Counted from the first letter of the whole stretch, positions 12,546 through 25,760 are shown. The stretch: DNA of 61,637 bases, filler included, from Chiloscyllium plagiosum (GCF_004010195.1; 4 parts of 2 records of this genome joined end to end with filler, not necessarily neighbours in it), one strand, 5' to 3'. The notes: generated by a model not told the origin, from the sequence alone. Made by a program: numbers and translations.

Positions 12546-12893
12546 GTTTTATAAGCTGGTGCATTGTTTTGGAACGTTTTGGAAAAAAAGATCAAAACGA
12601 TGGCACTTTGAAAAGGAGGAAGAGAGACAAAGGTAGTGACCATGTGGCAAGTGAATCAAACTGAGAAATAAACATGCTCTGCTGTCTGACCCAGCTGTGA
12701 ATCTGCACAGCTGACTGCTTCTGCTGTTTGCTTTCAGATATCTGTATATTGCTGACATACAATGTGCATTGTTATTTGTATATTATTTGACCTTTACTTC
12801 TGAAGTGAGAATTTGGACAGTCTAAACACTTGTCTTCACCCCTTTCTCTCTACCCGGCCCCACCCCTCCCCATTTCTTCCTACCCCCCAATAG

Positions 12894-12946
12894 CTCTGAT
12901 TATGGCCGCAGGAAGAGGAATGCCTTCAGGATCCAGGTGGATAAAG
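12894..12946 (+). CDS. NVL: NVL coding exon 3 (SDYGRRKRNAFRIQVDK)
   Basis: TAG acceptor, G|GTGAGT donor; DYGRRKRNAFRIQV is the conserved NVL segment with the basic nucleolar-targeting motif. Confidence 0.96.
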
Positions 12947-13650
12947 GTGAGTGAGTTGCCTTGATGAAGGATCAGGAGGGACTTTGCTGTTGGACAGGGC
13001 ACATTGGAACTTCTTGGTAACAGCGAGATCTTTGGCCGGGGGGGGGGGGAATCCTCCTGATTCCCTCTGGTTCCCTCTGGGTTGATTTGAATTGGCCAGT
13101 TCCCCAATGGTGCTGATGCCATCCCTCATGCCCTTCTCCAATAGTGTGTCTGGATGGAGAACACGAACGTGGATCCATGTTGTGAAATTGCTCCGGTGGT
13201 TTACTTGAGGAGTGATTGGAGAACGGAGGGGCAATTGGCTCAGTCTGTTAGAAACACAAATATTTATAAAGTATGAGAATTGGAAAATTGTTTGGATATT
13301 GCTGGGTTAGAGAGGGACGTATCATGAGATGTTTTTGGAAAATGTCATGTGCAAAGGAGCACTGATTTATTTGTTGTTTTATGAGAAAAGCAAATACGCT
13401 TTGGAGAAGAGAATAAAGCAACCTTTTTAAGAGGATAAGATTATTTTAATCACCTTAATGGCTTGACAAACAAATCTGAAGAGATATAAGAACATAATGA
13501 AAGGAAAAGGAGTTGAGCCTGCTCTGTCACTAAATACCATCATGGCTGATGTCATCTTGGCCTCCACTCCTCTTGCTCCCCACAACCATTTAACCTGTTA
13601 CTTACTAAAAACCTGTCTCTATACTGCTCACATTTATTTGGTTAGAAACA

Positions 13651-14370
13651 ACTAAACTGCAGATGCTGGAATCCAAGGTAGACAAGCTGGAAGAACACAG
13701 CAAGCCAGCCAGCATCAGGAGGTGGAGAAGTTGACGTTACAGGTGTAACCCTTCTTCAGGACTGGGGGGTGGGTGTAAGGGGAGCTGCAGATAAAGGGGG
13801 CGGCGGGGACAGGGTGGTGAGATGAGAATAGATGAAGACGGGTGGAGGGTACAAACTGGTTGGCCAATGGGAAGAATGAATCGGACAGGTGGCTGGGAGG
13901 GAGGGAGAAGGACTGGGAAGGGAGTTGGAGAATGTAAAGGGAGATTATTTGAAAGTGGAGAACTCAACTCAATGCTGAGCCTTCTGGGCTGTGGGCTGCC
14001 CAGGCGGAAGATGAGGTGTTGTTCCTCCAATTTACGGTTTGATCCTGTGTGGCAATAGAGGAGACCAAGGATGGTCATAGCAGAAAGGGAGTGGGAAGGG
14101 AAATTAAAATGGGTTGTGACTGGGAGGTCAGGTCAGCCCCTGTGGACCTGGCTGAGATGTTATGCTGAACTGTTCTTTTAAGTTTACGTTTGGTCTTCCC
14201 GATGTAGAGAAGACAACATTGGGAGCACCTGATACAGTAAACTAAGTTGGAGGAGAGGCAGGTAAACCTCTGTCTCACCTGGAAGGATTGTTCAAGGACC
14301 CTGGGTGGTGATGAGGTGGGCACCAGGTCGCAGGGACCAACCAGACCTCCCAGTCACTGCCCATTTTAAT
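13651..14370 (-). mobile_element. 5'-truncated PLE: GIY-YIG remnant, pseudo-LTR with decayed hammerhead (about 13733-13759), short inverted segment at its 5' end
   Basis: ORF 14075..14323 NLVYCIRCSQCCLLYIGKTKR; ORF 13737..14078 RKLEEQHLIFRLG; 14326-14370 inverts 14102-14148. Confidence 0.85.
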
Positions 14371-14770
14371 GAAAGTAAAATGAAAGTATATTGTCATGGA
14401 TATCCTTGGCTTTAGGATAAAGGTTTGGATTTCCTGTTATAAGAGAATCTCCAAACAAATCTACTGGATTTAGTTCATTTGACGTCATCTATGGCCATGA
14501 AACTGGATTAAGGAAATTTTTAAGACAGGAGGACGAAACCTAATTATAGAGTTATGTGTCCATACTTGTCAAGAGACACATGAAGCATTTGAAAACATCC
14601 CAGGCAACTATTAAAGCATGGATATACAAATGTGCTGTGTTCCATCAGAAACTGTCTTGTCTGAAATCTATCATTGTCAAATTAACTTTAACTGGTAGTT
14701 TGGTGCGTAACCTTGCGATCCCAGCCAACGGCTGTGTGTTTTTCTGACATGTCATCACTTGTTTCTACAG

Positions 14771-14855
14771 TGTTTCAATCCATCAGAAATGAAATGGCAT
14801 ATTTGGAGGAGGAGCATCTGGTCAAACGGGCTCGACAGAGCCGGACACAGGATGG
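14771..14855 (+). CDS. NVL: NVL coding exon 4 (VFQSIRNEMAYLEEEHLVKRARQSRTQDG)
   Basis: CAG acceptor, GG|GTAAG donor; LE.EHL.KRARQ motif; phases fit neighbours. Confidence 0.92.
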
Positions 14856-15091
14856 GTAAGGTATCTGGGAATGTCGAGGTGCTTGTGGATTAATACTGGA
14901 AAAGCACAGGTGAGGGACAGGGTAGAGGAGCTTGACTCCATGTCTAACCCTGTGCTGCCCTGACCTGGCAGTGTTTGATAGGGTGAGCATCAAGGAGCTT
15001 TAGTTTCAGTTTAATAGAATAAGGGAACTTACCCATGTGCTATACTTGCACACTTATTGCTATTGAATCTATGGCAACTTGTGTTTTGCAG

Positions 15092-15143
15092 GAGGGGCCT
15101 GACCTCTGATTCGTCTGACAGTGAGGATTACCCCGAATACCCG
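15092..15143 (+). CDS. NVL: NVL coding exon 5 (RGLTSDSSDSEDYPEYP)
   Basis: TTTTGCAG acceptor, CCG|GTAGGT donor; acidic S/D segment ending EDYP; 52 nt restores phase 0. Confidence 0.85.
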
Positions 15144-15591
15144 GTAGGTTGGTTTTGTGCAGACTTGTTTGACCCGAGTTCCAGATCAGTGTCTGTCTCG
15201 GACTTTGCTCAGTGAGACCTTCCTGTCTGAAGGAGAAGCTATGGTATAGGGTGTTGCAGTAGGCTGAGGCAGTAGGCTGATGCACCAGTGCGGAATGGAG
15301 ATTGTGAACATCAGTGAGACTCAAAATTGAAGTCTCATCTGTTTGCTCCAGGGCTTGTTGGAGATTTTCTCTCCGTATTCACACAGCAGCAATCAATGTT
15401 GTGGGAGCTTGCTATGCACAGCTGACAGCAGTGGCTTGGGGTTTAGGGTGAGGAGGTTGAGGGGATGGCCAATGGGCTGTGTTGGAATCTGAAGCAGGAT
15501 TCCTGTGATGGCCCCCCACCCCCGGGCTCCCTGTGACCACGTGTTTGTTAGCTCTGAGTGATCATCTTCATTATTTTTATTTCCTGCATAG

Positions 15592-15852
15592 CTGACCAAT
15601 CACATGAACACTTCGCTGCTGAGCCTATATCGGAAAACCAACCCGGACCCTCCCGCCACTCCAGCTGCCAAGAAGGTGTCAGAGGATGGCAGCAATCATG
15701 GGCATGAAGCTTCTCAAACACTGGGTCAGTCACAAGGATCCCTGCAAGGTACAGAGCTATCTGAGGACAGTTGGTTCATTGACAAGATACCAGGAGCTCC
15801 CCGTTCAGAAGCTCATCTGCTTGATGAGAAAGAATCAAAACAAAATCCTGAG
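15592..15852 (+). CDS. NVL: NVL coding exon 6 (LTNHMNTSLLSLYRK...WFIDK...QNPE)
   Basis: TAG acceptor, GAG|GTAAC donor; NHMN.SLLSLYRK and WFIDK motifs; frame of ORF 15604..16194. Confidence 0.92.
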
Positions 15853-15952
15853 GTAACAACCAACACCACACCTTTCCCAACTTCCCAAACCTGTGGCTTC
15901 GTTTTTCTTTTTACAAAATGTAACAATCGGGAAATGAAAACACCCCCACCCC

Positions 15953-16207
15953 AGACATGTCTTTGCCCACAGTCCCTCTTTGTCCTGGGCACCTTTATCC
16001 TCCTAGTGCCCCGCCCCTCATGGCACCAGGCCCCAGTCCCCCTTCAACCCTGGAAACCACCCACTAGCCCCCCTCCCCAAAGACATGTCTTTGCCCACAG
16101 TCCCTCTTTGTCCTGGGCACCTTATCCTCCTAGTGCCCCGCCCCTCATGGCACCAGGCCCCAGTCCCCCTTCAACCCTGGAAACCACCCACTAGCCCCCC
16201 TCCCCAA
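15953..16207. repeat. Two-copy tandem duplication of ~128 bp
   Basis: 15953-16080 and 16081-16207 differ by one T. Confidence 0.9.
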
Positions 16208-16282
16208 AGTCCTGGGCCACCCAGGGCTTGTTGATTTGCTCCTAGCTGCATGTTATTGAGGTCTAGTTTCACTCTGTTCCAG

Positions 16283-16412
16283 AGATTGGAAGCGTTGCCA
16301 GTGGATCAAGGCACGAGGAAGCAAAGGAGACTGAGTAAAAGGAAACGGCAAGATAGAGAGGAGTCAAAGGATGTGGATGCTCAGATAGAGTCATCTGTAC
16401 TGAACAGAAAAG
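16283..16412 (+). CDS. NVL: NVL coding exon 7 (RLEALPVDQGTRKQRRLSKRKRQD...VLNRK)
   Basis: CAG acceptor, AAG|GTATGT donor; basic NLS-like stretch followed by DVDAQIE. Confidence 0.88.
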
Positions 16413-16461
16413 GTATGTTACAGAGGAACTTTAAATCCTTCCTGGGACTGGGTGAAGGGAT

Positions 16462-16970
16462 TCTCTGTCTCTGTCTCTGTCTCTGTCTCTGTCTCTGTCT
16501 CTGTCTCTGTCTCTGTCTCTGTCTCTGTCTCTGTCTCTGTCTCTGTCTCTGTCTCTGTCTCTGTCTCTGTCTCTGTCTCTGTCTCTGTCTCTGTCTCTGT
16601 CTCTGTCTCTGTCTCTGTCTCTGTCTCTGTCTCTGTCTCTGTCTCTGTCTCTGTCTCTGTCTCTGTCTCTGTCTCTGTCTCTGTCTCTGTCTCTGTCTCT
16701 GTCTCTGTCTCTGTCTCTGTCTCTGTCTCTGTCTCTGTCTCTGTCTCTGTCTCTGTCTCTGTCTCTGTCTCTGTCTCTGTCTCTGTCTCTGTCTCTGTCT
16801 CTGTCTCTGTCTCTGTCTCTGTCTCTGTCTCTGTCTCTGTCTCTGTCTCTGTCTCTGTCTCTGTCTCTGTCTCTGTCTCTGTCTCTGTCTCTGTCTCTGT
16901 CTCTGTCTCTGTCTCTGTCTCTGTCTCTGTCTCTGTCTCTGTCTCTGTCTCTGTCTCTGTCTCTGTCTCT
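16462..16970. repeat. (TCTCTG)n microsatellite running into an N gap (16971-17145)
   Basis: Direct reading. Confidence 0.97.
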
Positions 16971-17667
16971 NNNNNNNNNNNNNNNNNNNNNNNNNNNNNN
17001 NNNNNNNNNNNNNNNNNNNNNNNNNNNNNNNNNNNNNNNNNNNNNNNNNNNNNNNNNNNNNNNNNNNNNNNNNNNNNNNNNNNNNNNNNNNNNNNNNNNN
17101 NNNNNNNNNNNNNNNNNNNNNNNNNNNNNNNNNNNNNNNNNNNNNTCTGTCACCCCCTCTCATTTTTTCTCTCTCTCTCTGTGTCTCTGTCTCTTGCGCG
17201 CGCTCTCTCTCTCTCTCTGCGTGGCTCTCGTGCACGCTTCTCCCCCCCACATTTTCCTTTAAACTCAAATGGCACCCTCCTCCCCACTTCTGTGTGTCAG
17301 GGCAAGACTGTTTTCCATCTCTTCCCCGACCCCCAGAAATATCCCTCACTGGCCACTCAATAACTAGTCCCCAAACCAACCAGAAAAGACCACTCTATGC
17401 CTTCTCAGGCCAAACACCCCTGACCTCGCCCCACTCTGATTCCCCATCCCCTCCCACTTGCCAGTATTGACTCTATTCCTACACATCACTCCCGGACTGA
17501 TTTTACTTCTCTGCGCCACCTCCCTTCCCAGCCCTGGCCTGACTCCATACCCTGACCTAGACAGATTGGCATGGTCTGCAGGAGTTTGTACCAGCTGTGA
17601 CCCTTACCCTTACCCTCTGCATTGAGCCATTGCACTCACGTTGTATCTTTCTCTTTCTCTTTAACAG

Positions 17668-17741
17668 CAAAGAAAGGATTTGAACTGCATCATTCGACAG
17701 TGACGTTTGAGGATGTCGGTGGCTGTGAAGGAACCTTAAAG
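17668..17741 (+). CDS. NVL: NVL coding exon 8 (AKKGFELHHSTVTFEDVGGCEGTLK)
   Basis: Strong pyrimidine tract + CAG, AAG|GTAAAG donor; V.FEDVGG start of AAA domain D1. Confidence 0.95.
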
Positions 17742-17799
17742 GTAAAGGGCAGCTGGCTAGACTGGTCATGATGGTCTATAGCAGTCTATGCCACCCAAT

Positions 17800-18300
17800 C
17801 CAGGGGTAAGGACATTACCACTGTGCCATAAGAGGGCCCTTTCAGGCACGGTGGGAGACAGTCAGGAGGGAGTGCACTGGGAGCCCCCAACATTGACTGC
17901 AGATATAATGAGGTCTCATGTCTTCGGGTGAAACATGGGCAAGGAAACGTCTTGATTACCACGTACCAACCTCCCTCAGCTGATGAGTCAGTAATCCTCC
18001 ATGATAGAGAACACTTGGAGGAAGCACTGAGGGTGGCAGTGGTGCAGAAGGTGCCCTGGGTGAGGGATTTCAGTGTCCATCACCAACAGTGGCTCTGCAG
18101 CAGCATTCCCGATTGAGATGGTAACGAACATCGCTGGTAAACTGGGTCTGCAGCAGGTGGTGAGGGAATAACAGGCTGGGAATACTGCAGCAAAGAACTC
18201 CCCTCCAGACACTCCAAAGCCTGTCTACCATCCTTAAGGCACAAGTCAGGCAAGAAGCTTGACACTATCCAGAACAGAACACATTGACAAGCATCCACTC
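17800..18300 (+). mobile_element. Decayed LINE (CR1/L2 group) AP-endonuclease fragment
   Basis: ORF 17928..18116 TTYQPPSADES...DFSVHHQQWL resembles the YRPP...GDFN motifs. Confidence 0.6.
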
Positions 18301-18551
18301 CCTCCCTTAGGGAGAGAGGAGGGAGGAATGGGAGGGAGAGAGAGAAAAGGGAGTTGTGGGTGAGAGAGGTGGGGAGAAAAGACCAGGGGAGAGAGGATGT
18401 GGTGGGGTGGGGAAGGTGAGAGGGAGTACAGGTAAGGAGGGGTTGAGAGAGGGAGGACAGAGAGCAAGGAGTTAGAGATAGGGAGGATGGGGCAGGAGAG
18501 AGCAGCAGGCAGGGGATTCGCCTTGTGGGCTTTAGGGGGTGCTGCTCATAA

Positions 18552-18836
<285 letters not shown>

Positions 18837-19111
18837 TGAGAGAAAGGTCTGGGAATATCCCAGTCCGAATTACCAAGTTTGGGATGTGGCCTGAGAACGT
18901 CCACTTCTGGAATACCATCCCTATTGGACAGTCCAGTCTTGATGTGGGACCAACTCCAAAGTTCCGATCTAGAATATAAGGGACTGATCTGGGAGAAAGT
19001 CTGGTCTCTACTATAGGGGGCTGCCGCAGGGGAAGGTCTGGTCTCGGGTGTAGGGGACTGCTCTGGGGGTGGGGGGTATGTCTGGTCTCGGGTATAGGGG
19101 ACTGCTCTGGG

Positions 19112-19211
19112 NNNNNNNNNNNNNNNNNNNNNNNNNNNNNNNNNNNNNNNNNNNNTTAATTAATTAANNNNNNNNNNNNNNNNNNNNNNNNNNNNNNNNN
19201 NNNNNNNNNNN
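19112..19211. other. Artificial gap linker N44-TTAATTAATTAA-N44
   Basis: Exactly 100 nt, stops in all six frames, identical at three sites. Confidence 0.97.
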
Positions 19212-19618
19212 ACTTGGCTTGTATACCCTTGAGTTTAGAAGGCTGAGAAGGGATCTGATTATTAAAGGATTGGACACTCTGGAGGCAGGAAACATGTTTC
19301 CGCTGATGGGTGAGTGTCGAACCAGAGGACACAGCTTAAAAATACGGGGTAGATCATTTAGGACAGAGATGAGGAGAAACTTGTTCACCCAGAGAGTGGT
19401 GGCTGTGTGGGATGCTCTGCCCCAGAGGGCAGTGGAGGCCCAGTCTCTGGATTCATTTAAGAAAGAGTTGGATAGAGCAGCTCTCAAGAGTGGAATCAAG
19501 GGTTATGGAGATAAAGCAGGAACAGGATACTGATTAAGGATGATCAGCCATGATCATAATAAATAGTGGTGCAGGCTCTAAGGACAGAATGGCCTACTCC
19601 TGCACCTATTGTCTATTG
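19212..19618 (+). mobile_element. CR1 LINE 3' end
   Basis: ORF 19219..19533 TRGHSLKI...FTQRVVAVWDALP; CTATTGT tail. Confidence 0.85.
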
Positions 19619-19808
19619 CCTCCACCTCTCGCCTCATTAGTTCCCCGTGCTTGGTGGGGCAGGGTGGGTGAGGGGGTGTTCTCCTGGTGCCCTGAGGATG
19701 GGGGTGATCTTCTGTTCCCTGAAAGGTGTAACCAATCACCGTGGGATTGTCTTGTTGCCTGTGCCTGAAGCCGTTGTCAGGAACGTTAGCTGCTGCTTCC
19801 TGATGTAG

Positions 19809-20084
<276 letters not shown>

Positions 20085-20906
20085 TGAGCCCGGTACTGGG
20101 GAACAGGGTCTCAGAGCTCGACACTGGGGAAGGTCCCTTCAGCATCTCCGAGCTGCCCAACATCTCTACTCACCTGCACAGCAATCTCAGCTCAGCAATT
20201 GTCACTGAGTTGTTTCTTTGTTTGGCGTTGTTACCTTCTCTCTGTTACTGTCCTCTACCCCCCAGCCCCAAATCCTGGTCCAGTTTATGATTTTTAAAAA
20301 AAAGTTCTTTGCTTTAACAAACAATGCTAACGGTGTTTAGAGTTAGTTCAATACATCCATGTTTCCTCAGTAAGCACCCAATTACAATATACAATGTTAT
20401 ACAGCAGATACATTATGGCACACGTAGACAGACTGCCCTTACATTCCTAATTCCTCCATAAGCTTCAAGCGGCTTCCGTTTATTTAATTGGTTTTATTCT
20501 GCCCACTGTCTGAGTAACTGTGACTCACCCTGTCCTACTCCCAGTGTTTCTTATGCTGAACTGTCATTTTTTGACCATTAGTATCAGGTGTAATATGGGC
20601 TTTACAAAGCAGCAGTTGGAATTTTAAAGACTCTTGTTTTATATCGTTGTTCTGACAGATTATTGAAGACCTGGCAATAATTAGAATTTGATTTTAAAAA
20701 GCACCTCATCATGCAGCACCTTTTGTTAATCTCTCTTGTCCTTTCTACTCTGCTGTTTATTCTGTGTGCTGCTCGCTGTCTCAGTCGGGATTGTGAAACT
20801 GGACCGGTGTTTAGCTGGGACTCTGTAAAGCTGTGGGTGTGGTTGCAATGAGCACTGTTGAATTGTGGGTGAGATTTGATGAGTGTCCCATACTTTGTTG
20901 TTACAG

Positions 20907-21051
20907 ATCTGAATAATCTGGCCAGCACCACACAAGTCCTGGTTATCGGTGCGACCAACCGGCCAGACTCATTGGACCCTGCACTGCGAAGAGCTGGACG
21001 CTTTGACCGGGAGATTTGTCTGGGAATTCCAAGTGAGGGTGCCCGTGAACA
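20907..21051 (+). CDS. NVL: NVL coding exon 12, D1 SRH ([48 protein letters not shown])
   Basis: CAG acceptor, CA|GTGAGT donor; sensor-1 and arginine-finger motif; translated by hand. Confidence 0.97.
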
Positions 21052-23106
21052 GTGAGTCTGATCAGTCTGTTGCTGTGCAGTGAAGACATGTTAATGACCA
21101 TTCAGCCTTCTGCAGTGAATGGACTCTTCCTGTGACAAGTCCCTGCCTCCCTTTTCAGTCAATGGACTCTTCGTGTGACAGAGGATTTTCCTTTTGCCTC
21201 CCCACCCAAGGGGAGGATCTTGATTGATTATTTCCATCTTATTCATCTTTGATAGAATGTACCAATTAGGACCAGGGTAGGTCACTTGTGCATGGTCCAC
21301 CATTGAAGAAGATTTAAAAAGCTTCATGCATGGGACATGGGCGTCGCTGGTTGACTAGCATTTATTGTCCGTCATTAGCTGGTCTTGAGAAAGTGGTGGT
21401 GAGCTGCCTTCTTGAGCTGCTGCAGTCTGTGTGCTGTTGGTAAATGCCCTTAGGGAGGGAATTCCAGGATTTTGACCCAGTAACAGTGAAGGAACAGCAA
21501 GGCAGGATGGTGATTGGTTTGGAGGTGAACCTGCAGGGGCTGGTGGTCCCATGTATCTGCTGCCCTTGTCCTTCTAGATGGAAGTGGTCATAAGTTTGGA
21601 AAATGCTGTCTAAGGATCTTTGGTAAACTTTTTCAGTACATCTTTTAGTCAGTACACACTGAGTGGAGAGGATGTTAGTGAATGTGGTGCCAATCAAGCA
21701 GTCTGCTTTGTCCTGGATGGTGGTGTCAAGCTTCTTGAGTGTTGGCTGTGTGTGTATGTGCCACTTGTTCAGTGTATATCAGTGGTGTAATCTTGGCAGG
21801 CTCCAGTGGCAGGGCCTTTAACCTTTCCCATCTATTGAATCAGAGACACTGCTGCACCTGTATCCACTTCCATCTTTACTGGCTTCCCCTTGAATTTGGG
21901 AAGAACCCAGAAATGTTCAGCTTCCACCTATACCGACAGTATGTTTAACCGAAGCTCTGCTGACTCTGGGCTTTTGCTTTTCCTGGAAACCAGGCTGGCT
22001 CCTGGTCTATTTCCTGGCTGGTGGTGTGTACCTTGTGCCTTGTTCTCTGAAATAATTCCTGTAGACAACCCTTCTCTTGCTTGAGTTGGACCTGGCGATT
22101 TCAGGTAGTATGGCCCACATGCTTACACCTGTGGCCCTGGGCTTCACGAGTCCAGCATGTTGCCTCCTTTGTGGTCACTAATCATATATCAGTGGCATTC
22201 AACACAGTCTGCTGAGGTTCTGCTACTTGGTGTACCTGGGCGTCTTCACTTGGCTGTGTTGCTTCGCCGGTGGCCAACCCCATCATTGCAATTTCAGAAG
22301 CTGCCTGGAAATCCAGGTGTGTCTTCTTTGTTGCTTCCACTGGATGGCTTTGTGTCGGAAGCCACAAACTGACAGTGGGAATTTTTCCCACACTCTAGTC
22401 TCGTCGGCGTTCGCAGCCCATGTGCCCTCAGTGAAAGCTGCAGATGTCCTCTACTCCCTCACTAACTGAGCTAGTGTACTGTTCTTCCCTGGTATTGACT
22501 GCAGTCCATGTGCCCTCACAACAGTTCCGGTAAACTCTGGAAGGGTGAGTACTCCCCTCTTCAGCCAGTGGCTGTGGCCGGAGTCCCCTTGTAGCTACCA
22601 CTCATGGCCCCCTCCCTGGTGTGTACCGTTCTTAACTGGCATCAATTGCAGCCCGTTTCCCCCCCCCACCCCGTGACTGCTTCAACATTATGGTTGTGGG
22701 TTCATGAGAGCCAGAAGTAGAAAATGAGGTAGAGAGAGGGTAAACTTGAACAGGGAATACTTTTATTGTGTGTCCTCTCAGCTCCACAGTTGGGTTTTAG
22801 ACTGCCTGCTCCAGCTCCTGCCTCTGGGTCACCTGACCTGTTCTCTTAAAGGGACAGCACATACCTAAATACCTACGTAACAGACACCTCCTTTAAGTTT
22901 GACCATGGCAGTATTTGAGCCTATTTCTCTAACTTGTGGTTACGGATTACTAGTCCATCAACATTACCACGAAAGCACCATCTCTCCATAAATGCTGGTG
23001 TCTGCAGATTAAGACAGATAATTTGTATATCCCTTTTGCTGACATTCTGTGGCTGGTATGTACATTCTCCCTGTAATTATCTGATCATTTCCCTGATTCC
23101 TGTCAG

Positions 23107-23308
23107 GATTTTGAGGACTTTGTGTCGAAGACTGAAACTTCCGGAATTGTTTGATTTTCGCCAGCTTGCCCGCCTGACCCCTGGCTATGTGGGTGCTGAC
23201 TTGATGGCTCTGTGTCGGGAAGCAGCCATGCACACGGTTAACCGTGTTCTGATCCAGCAACGCGAAGACAGCAGACAAGCAGATACTTCACAGCAACAAA
23301 CAGAACTG
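23107..23308 (+). CDS. NVL: NVL coding exon 13 ([41 protein letters not shown]...QTEL)
   Basis: CAG acceptor, CTG|GTGAGG donor; D1 lid motif TPGYVGADL. Confidence 0.95.
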
Positions 23309-23349
23309 GTGAGGAACCTTGATTCTCCCCTAGCCTGTCCAACACTGCC

Positions 23350-24380
23350 AGGACAGGGGCAGCATGGGGTTAGATAACAGTGTAAAACTCCCTCTACACT
23401 CTCCCCATTGTACACCACCAGGATAGGAATAGCATGGGGTTAAAGCTCCCTCTACACTATCCCCATCAAACACTCCCAGGATAGGAACAGCACGGGGTTG
23501 GATACAGAGTAAACCCCCTCTACACTATCCCCATTGTACACCACCAGGATAGGAACAGCGCGGGGTTAAAGCTCCCTCTACGCTATCCCCATCAAACACT
23601 CCCAGGATAGGAACAGCACGGGGTTAAATACAGAGTAAAGCTCTCTCTACACTATCCCCATCATACACCACCAGGAAAGGAACAGCACGGGGTTAGATAC
23701 AGAGTAAAGCTCATTCTACACTATCCCCATTGTACACCACCAGGATAGGAACAGCACAGGGTTAGATACAGAGTAAAGCTCATTCTACTCTTTTAACCTG
23801 AAAATAAAGCTCCTTCGACACTGTCCACTTCAAACATTTCAAAGTACAGCAGAGGGTGAGTTACAAAGTAAAGATTCCTTTGCACTGTCCCCTTCAAATG
23901 TTCTCAGGACAGTGTCAACATGGGGTTAGATAGAGAGTAAAGCTCCTTGTACTCTTAAACTGAAAATAAAGCTCCCTCCCAACTTTGCCCATCAAATACT
24001 ACCAGGTGAGTCCAAGAAAGGTTAGATACAGAGTATAAAGTGAGGTCTGCAGATGCTGGAGATCAGAGATGGAAATGTGTTGCTGGAAAAGCGCAGCAGG
24101 TCAGGCAGCATCCAGGGAACAGGAGAATCGACGTTTCGGGCATTAGCCCTTTTTCAGGAATGAAGAAGGGCTAATGCCCGAAACGTCGATTCTCCTGTTC
24201 CCTAGATGCTGCCTGACCTGCTGCGCTTTTCCAGCAACACATTTCCATCTCTAGATACAGAGTATAGCTATCTCTAATCTGTCCCCATCAAACACTCTCA
24301 GAACTAGTATAGCGTGGGATTAGATACAGAGAAAGTTCTCTCTCCCCTCTCCATCAAATATTCCCAGATCAAGTATAACA
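23350..24380 (+). repeat. Minisatellite, ~55-65-bp units (GGGGTTAGATACAGAGTAAAGCTCCCTCTACACTATCCCCATCAAACACTCCCAGGA...)
   Basis: More than ten diverged tandem units; a - strand copy at about 14910-15005. Confidence 0.9.
24038..24251. mobile_element. ORF-less palindromic PLE-derived insert with head-to-head hammerhead motifs and 15-bp TSD
   Basis: TSD TAGATACAGAGTATA at 24023-24037 and 24252-24266; ~90-bp near-perfect arms; motifs at 24130-24157 (-) and 24161-24187 (+). Confidence 0.9.
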
Positions 24381-25584
24381 CAGAGAGTCAGGTATGGAAT
24401 TAAGAGCAAGGTGGAAGGAGAGTGGGTAGAGGGAGGGAGTGAAGGGGTGGCAGGTGACTAGATAGATGAAGGGATGGGAGATGTAATGAACAGTAAGCTG
24501 CAGTGTTTGGTGCTGGGACCGCTGCTTAAATGTATCGAAGCGTTAAAGAATGGGAGGTATTATTGCCAAATATTCTACTGACAGAAATGTAGGTTGGAAC
24601 GGAAATTGAGCAGGACTTAAGGTTGCTTTAGAAGGGTATTGATAGGTGAAGTGACTGGACAAAGGTCTCACAAATGGAATACAATGATAAAAAGTGAAAT
24701 TGCGTTTAGAATTCGTTCCAAACAAGAGACATAAAATTGCCAGAAAAAGCAACAAGCCTGAGAATTGGGAGCATTTCAGAGTTCAGCATTAGAGAACCAA
24801 ATGGTTAATCAACAGGGGGGCAATAAAGTATGGGAGTAAAATTAACACCCCCCTCAACATTTCTATAAATGTGTGAAGAGAAAAAGAGTAAGAACAAGTG
24901 CAGGTTCCTTTGTGTCAGAAATGGGGGAGATTATCGAAACATTGAAAATAAGAGCGGGGTTGGACCATTTGGCCCTTTTTGAGTCTGCGACACCATTCGA
25001 TGTGATCATGGCTGATCATACATCTCTGTGCGCTGTTACCACTTTGTCCCCAACCCTTTGATTCCTTTAGCCATAAGAACTATATCTAACTCCCTTTTGA
25101 AATGTTATGGTCTCAACTGCTTTCTGTGGCAGAGAATTCCACAGGCACCCCCCACCAACTCTGAGTGAAGACCTTTCATCTCGTCTCCGTTCTAAATGGC
25201 CAACCTTAAACTGTGACTCCTGGTTCTGGACTCCCCATTCATCAAGTACCTTCCCGTGTTTACCCTGTCTTGTTACAATTTTACTGGTTTCTGTGACAGC
25301 CCCCTGTAATTATATTGGAACCGAAGAAATGGAAGAGGAATTGAACATTTACTTTGGTTCAGTTCTCACAAAAGAAGGCACCAGTAACCTCCCAGAAATA
25401 AGTGAACCAAGGGTCTAATGAGAGTGCAGAATTGAAGGAAGTGAGTAATTGTATTCCTATCTGCCAAATGAAATCACTCTCCCTGTGTATGTCATGGCAA
25501 CACAGTAAAATTAAAGTCCTCACAAACACCAGTGGTTCCTAACCACACTTCTTAAACCGGCAGTTAGTGGTGTCGATGGTAGTC

Positions 25585-25760
25585 ATGATTTGGAGATGCT
25601 GGTGTTGGACTGGGCTGTACAATGTTAAAAATCACAACCTCAGGTTATAGTCCAACAGGTTTAATTGGAAGCACAAGCTTTTGGAGCGCTGCTCCTTCAA
25701 CCATCTTTCCAATTAAACCTGTTGGACTATAACCTGGTGTTGTGTGGTTTTTAACACTTT
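25585..25760 (-). mobile_element. Palindromic insert of a different PLE-like family with a hammerhead remnant
   Basis: Perfect 30-bp inverted repeat 25641-25670 / 25707-25736; minus strand TGA-A-GGAGC agc GCTCC-AAAAG-CTT. Confidence 0.6.

Noticed and set aside
16250..17470. Long ORFs with poly-LC, RQ, RD or SV
   Set aside because: Translations of the (TCTCTG)n microsatellite and an N gap; only 16283-16412 is coding
19156..19167. TTAATTAATTAA palindrome as a biological motif
   Set aside because: Centred in exact 100-nt N blocks at three sites, so an assembly linker
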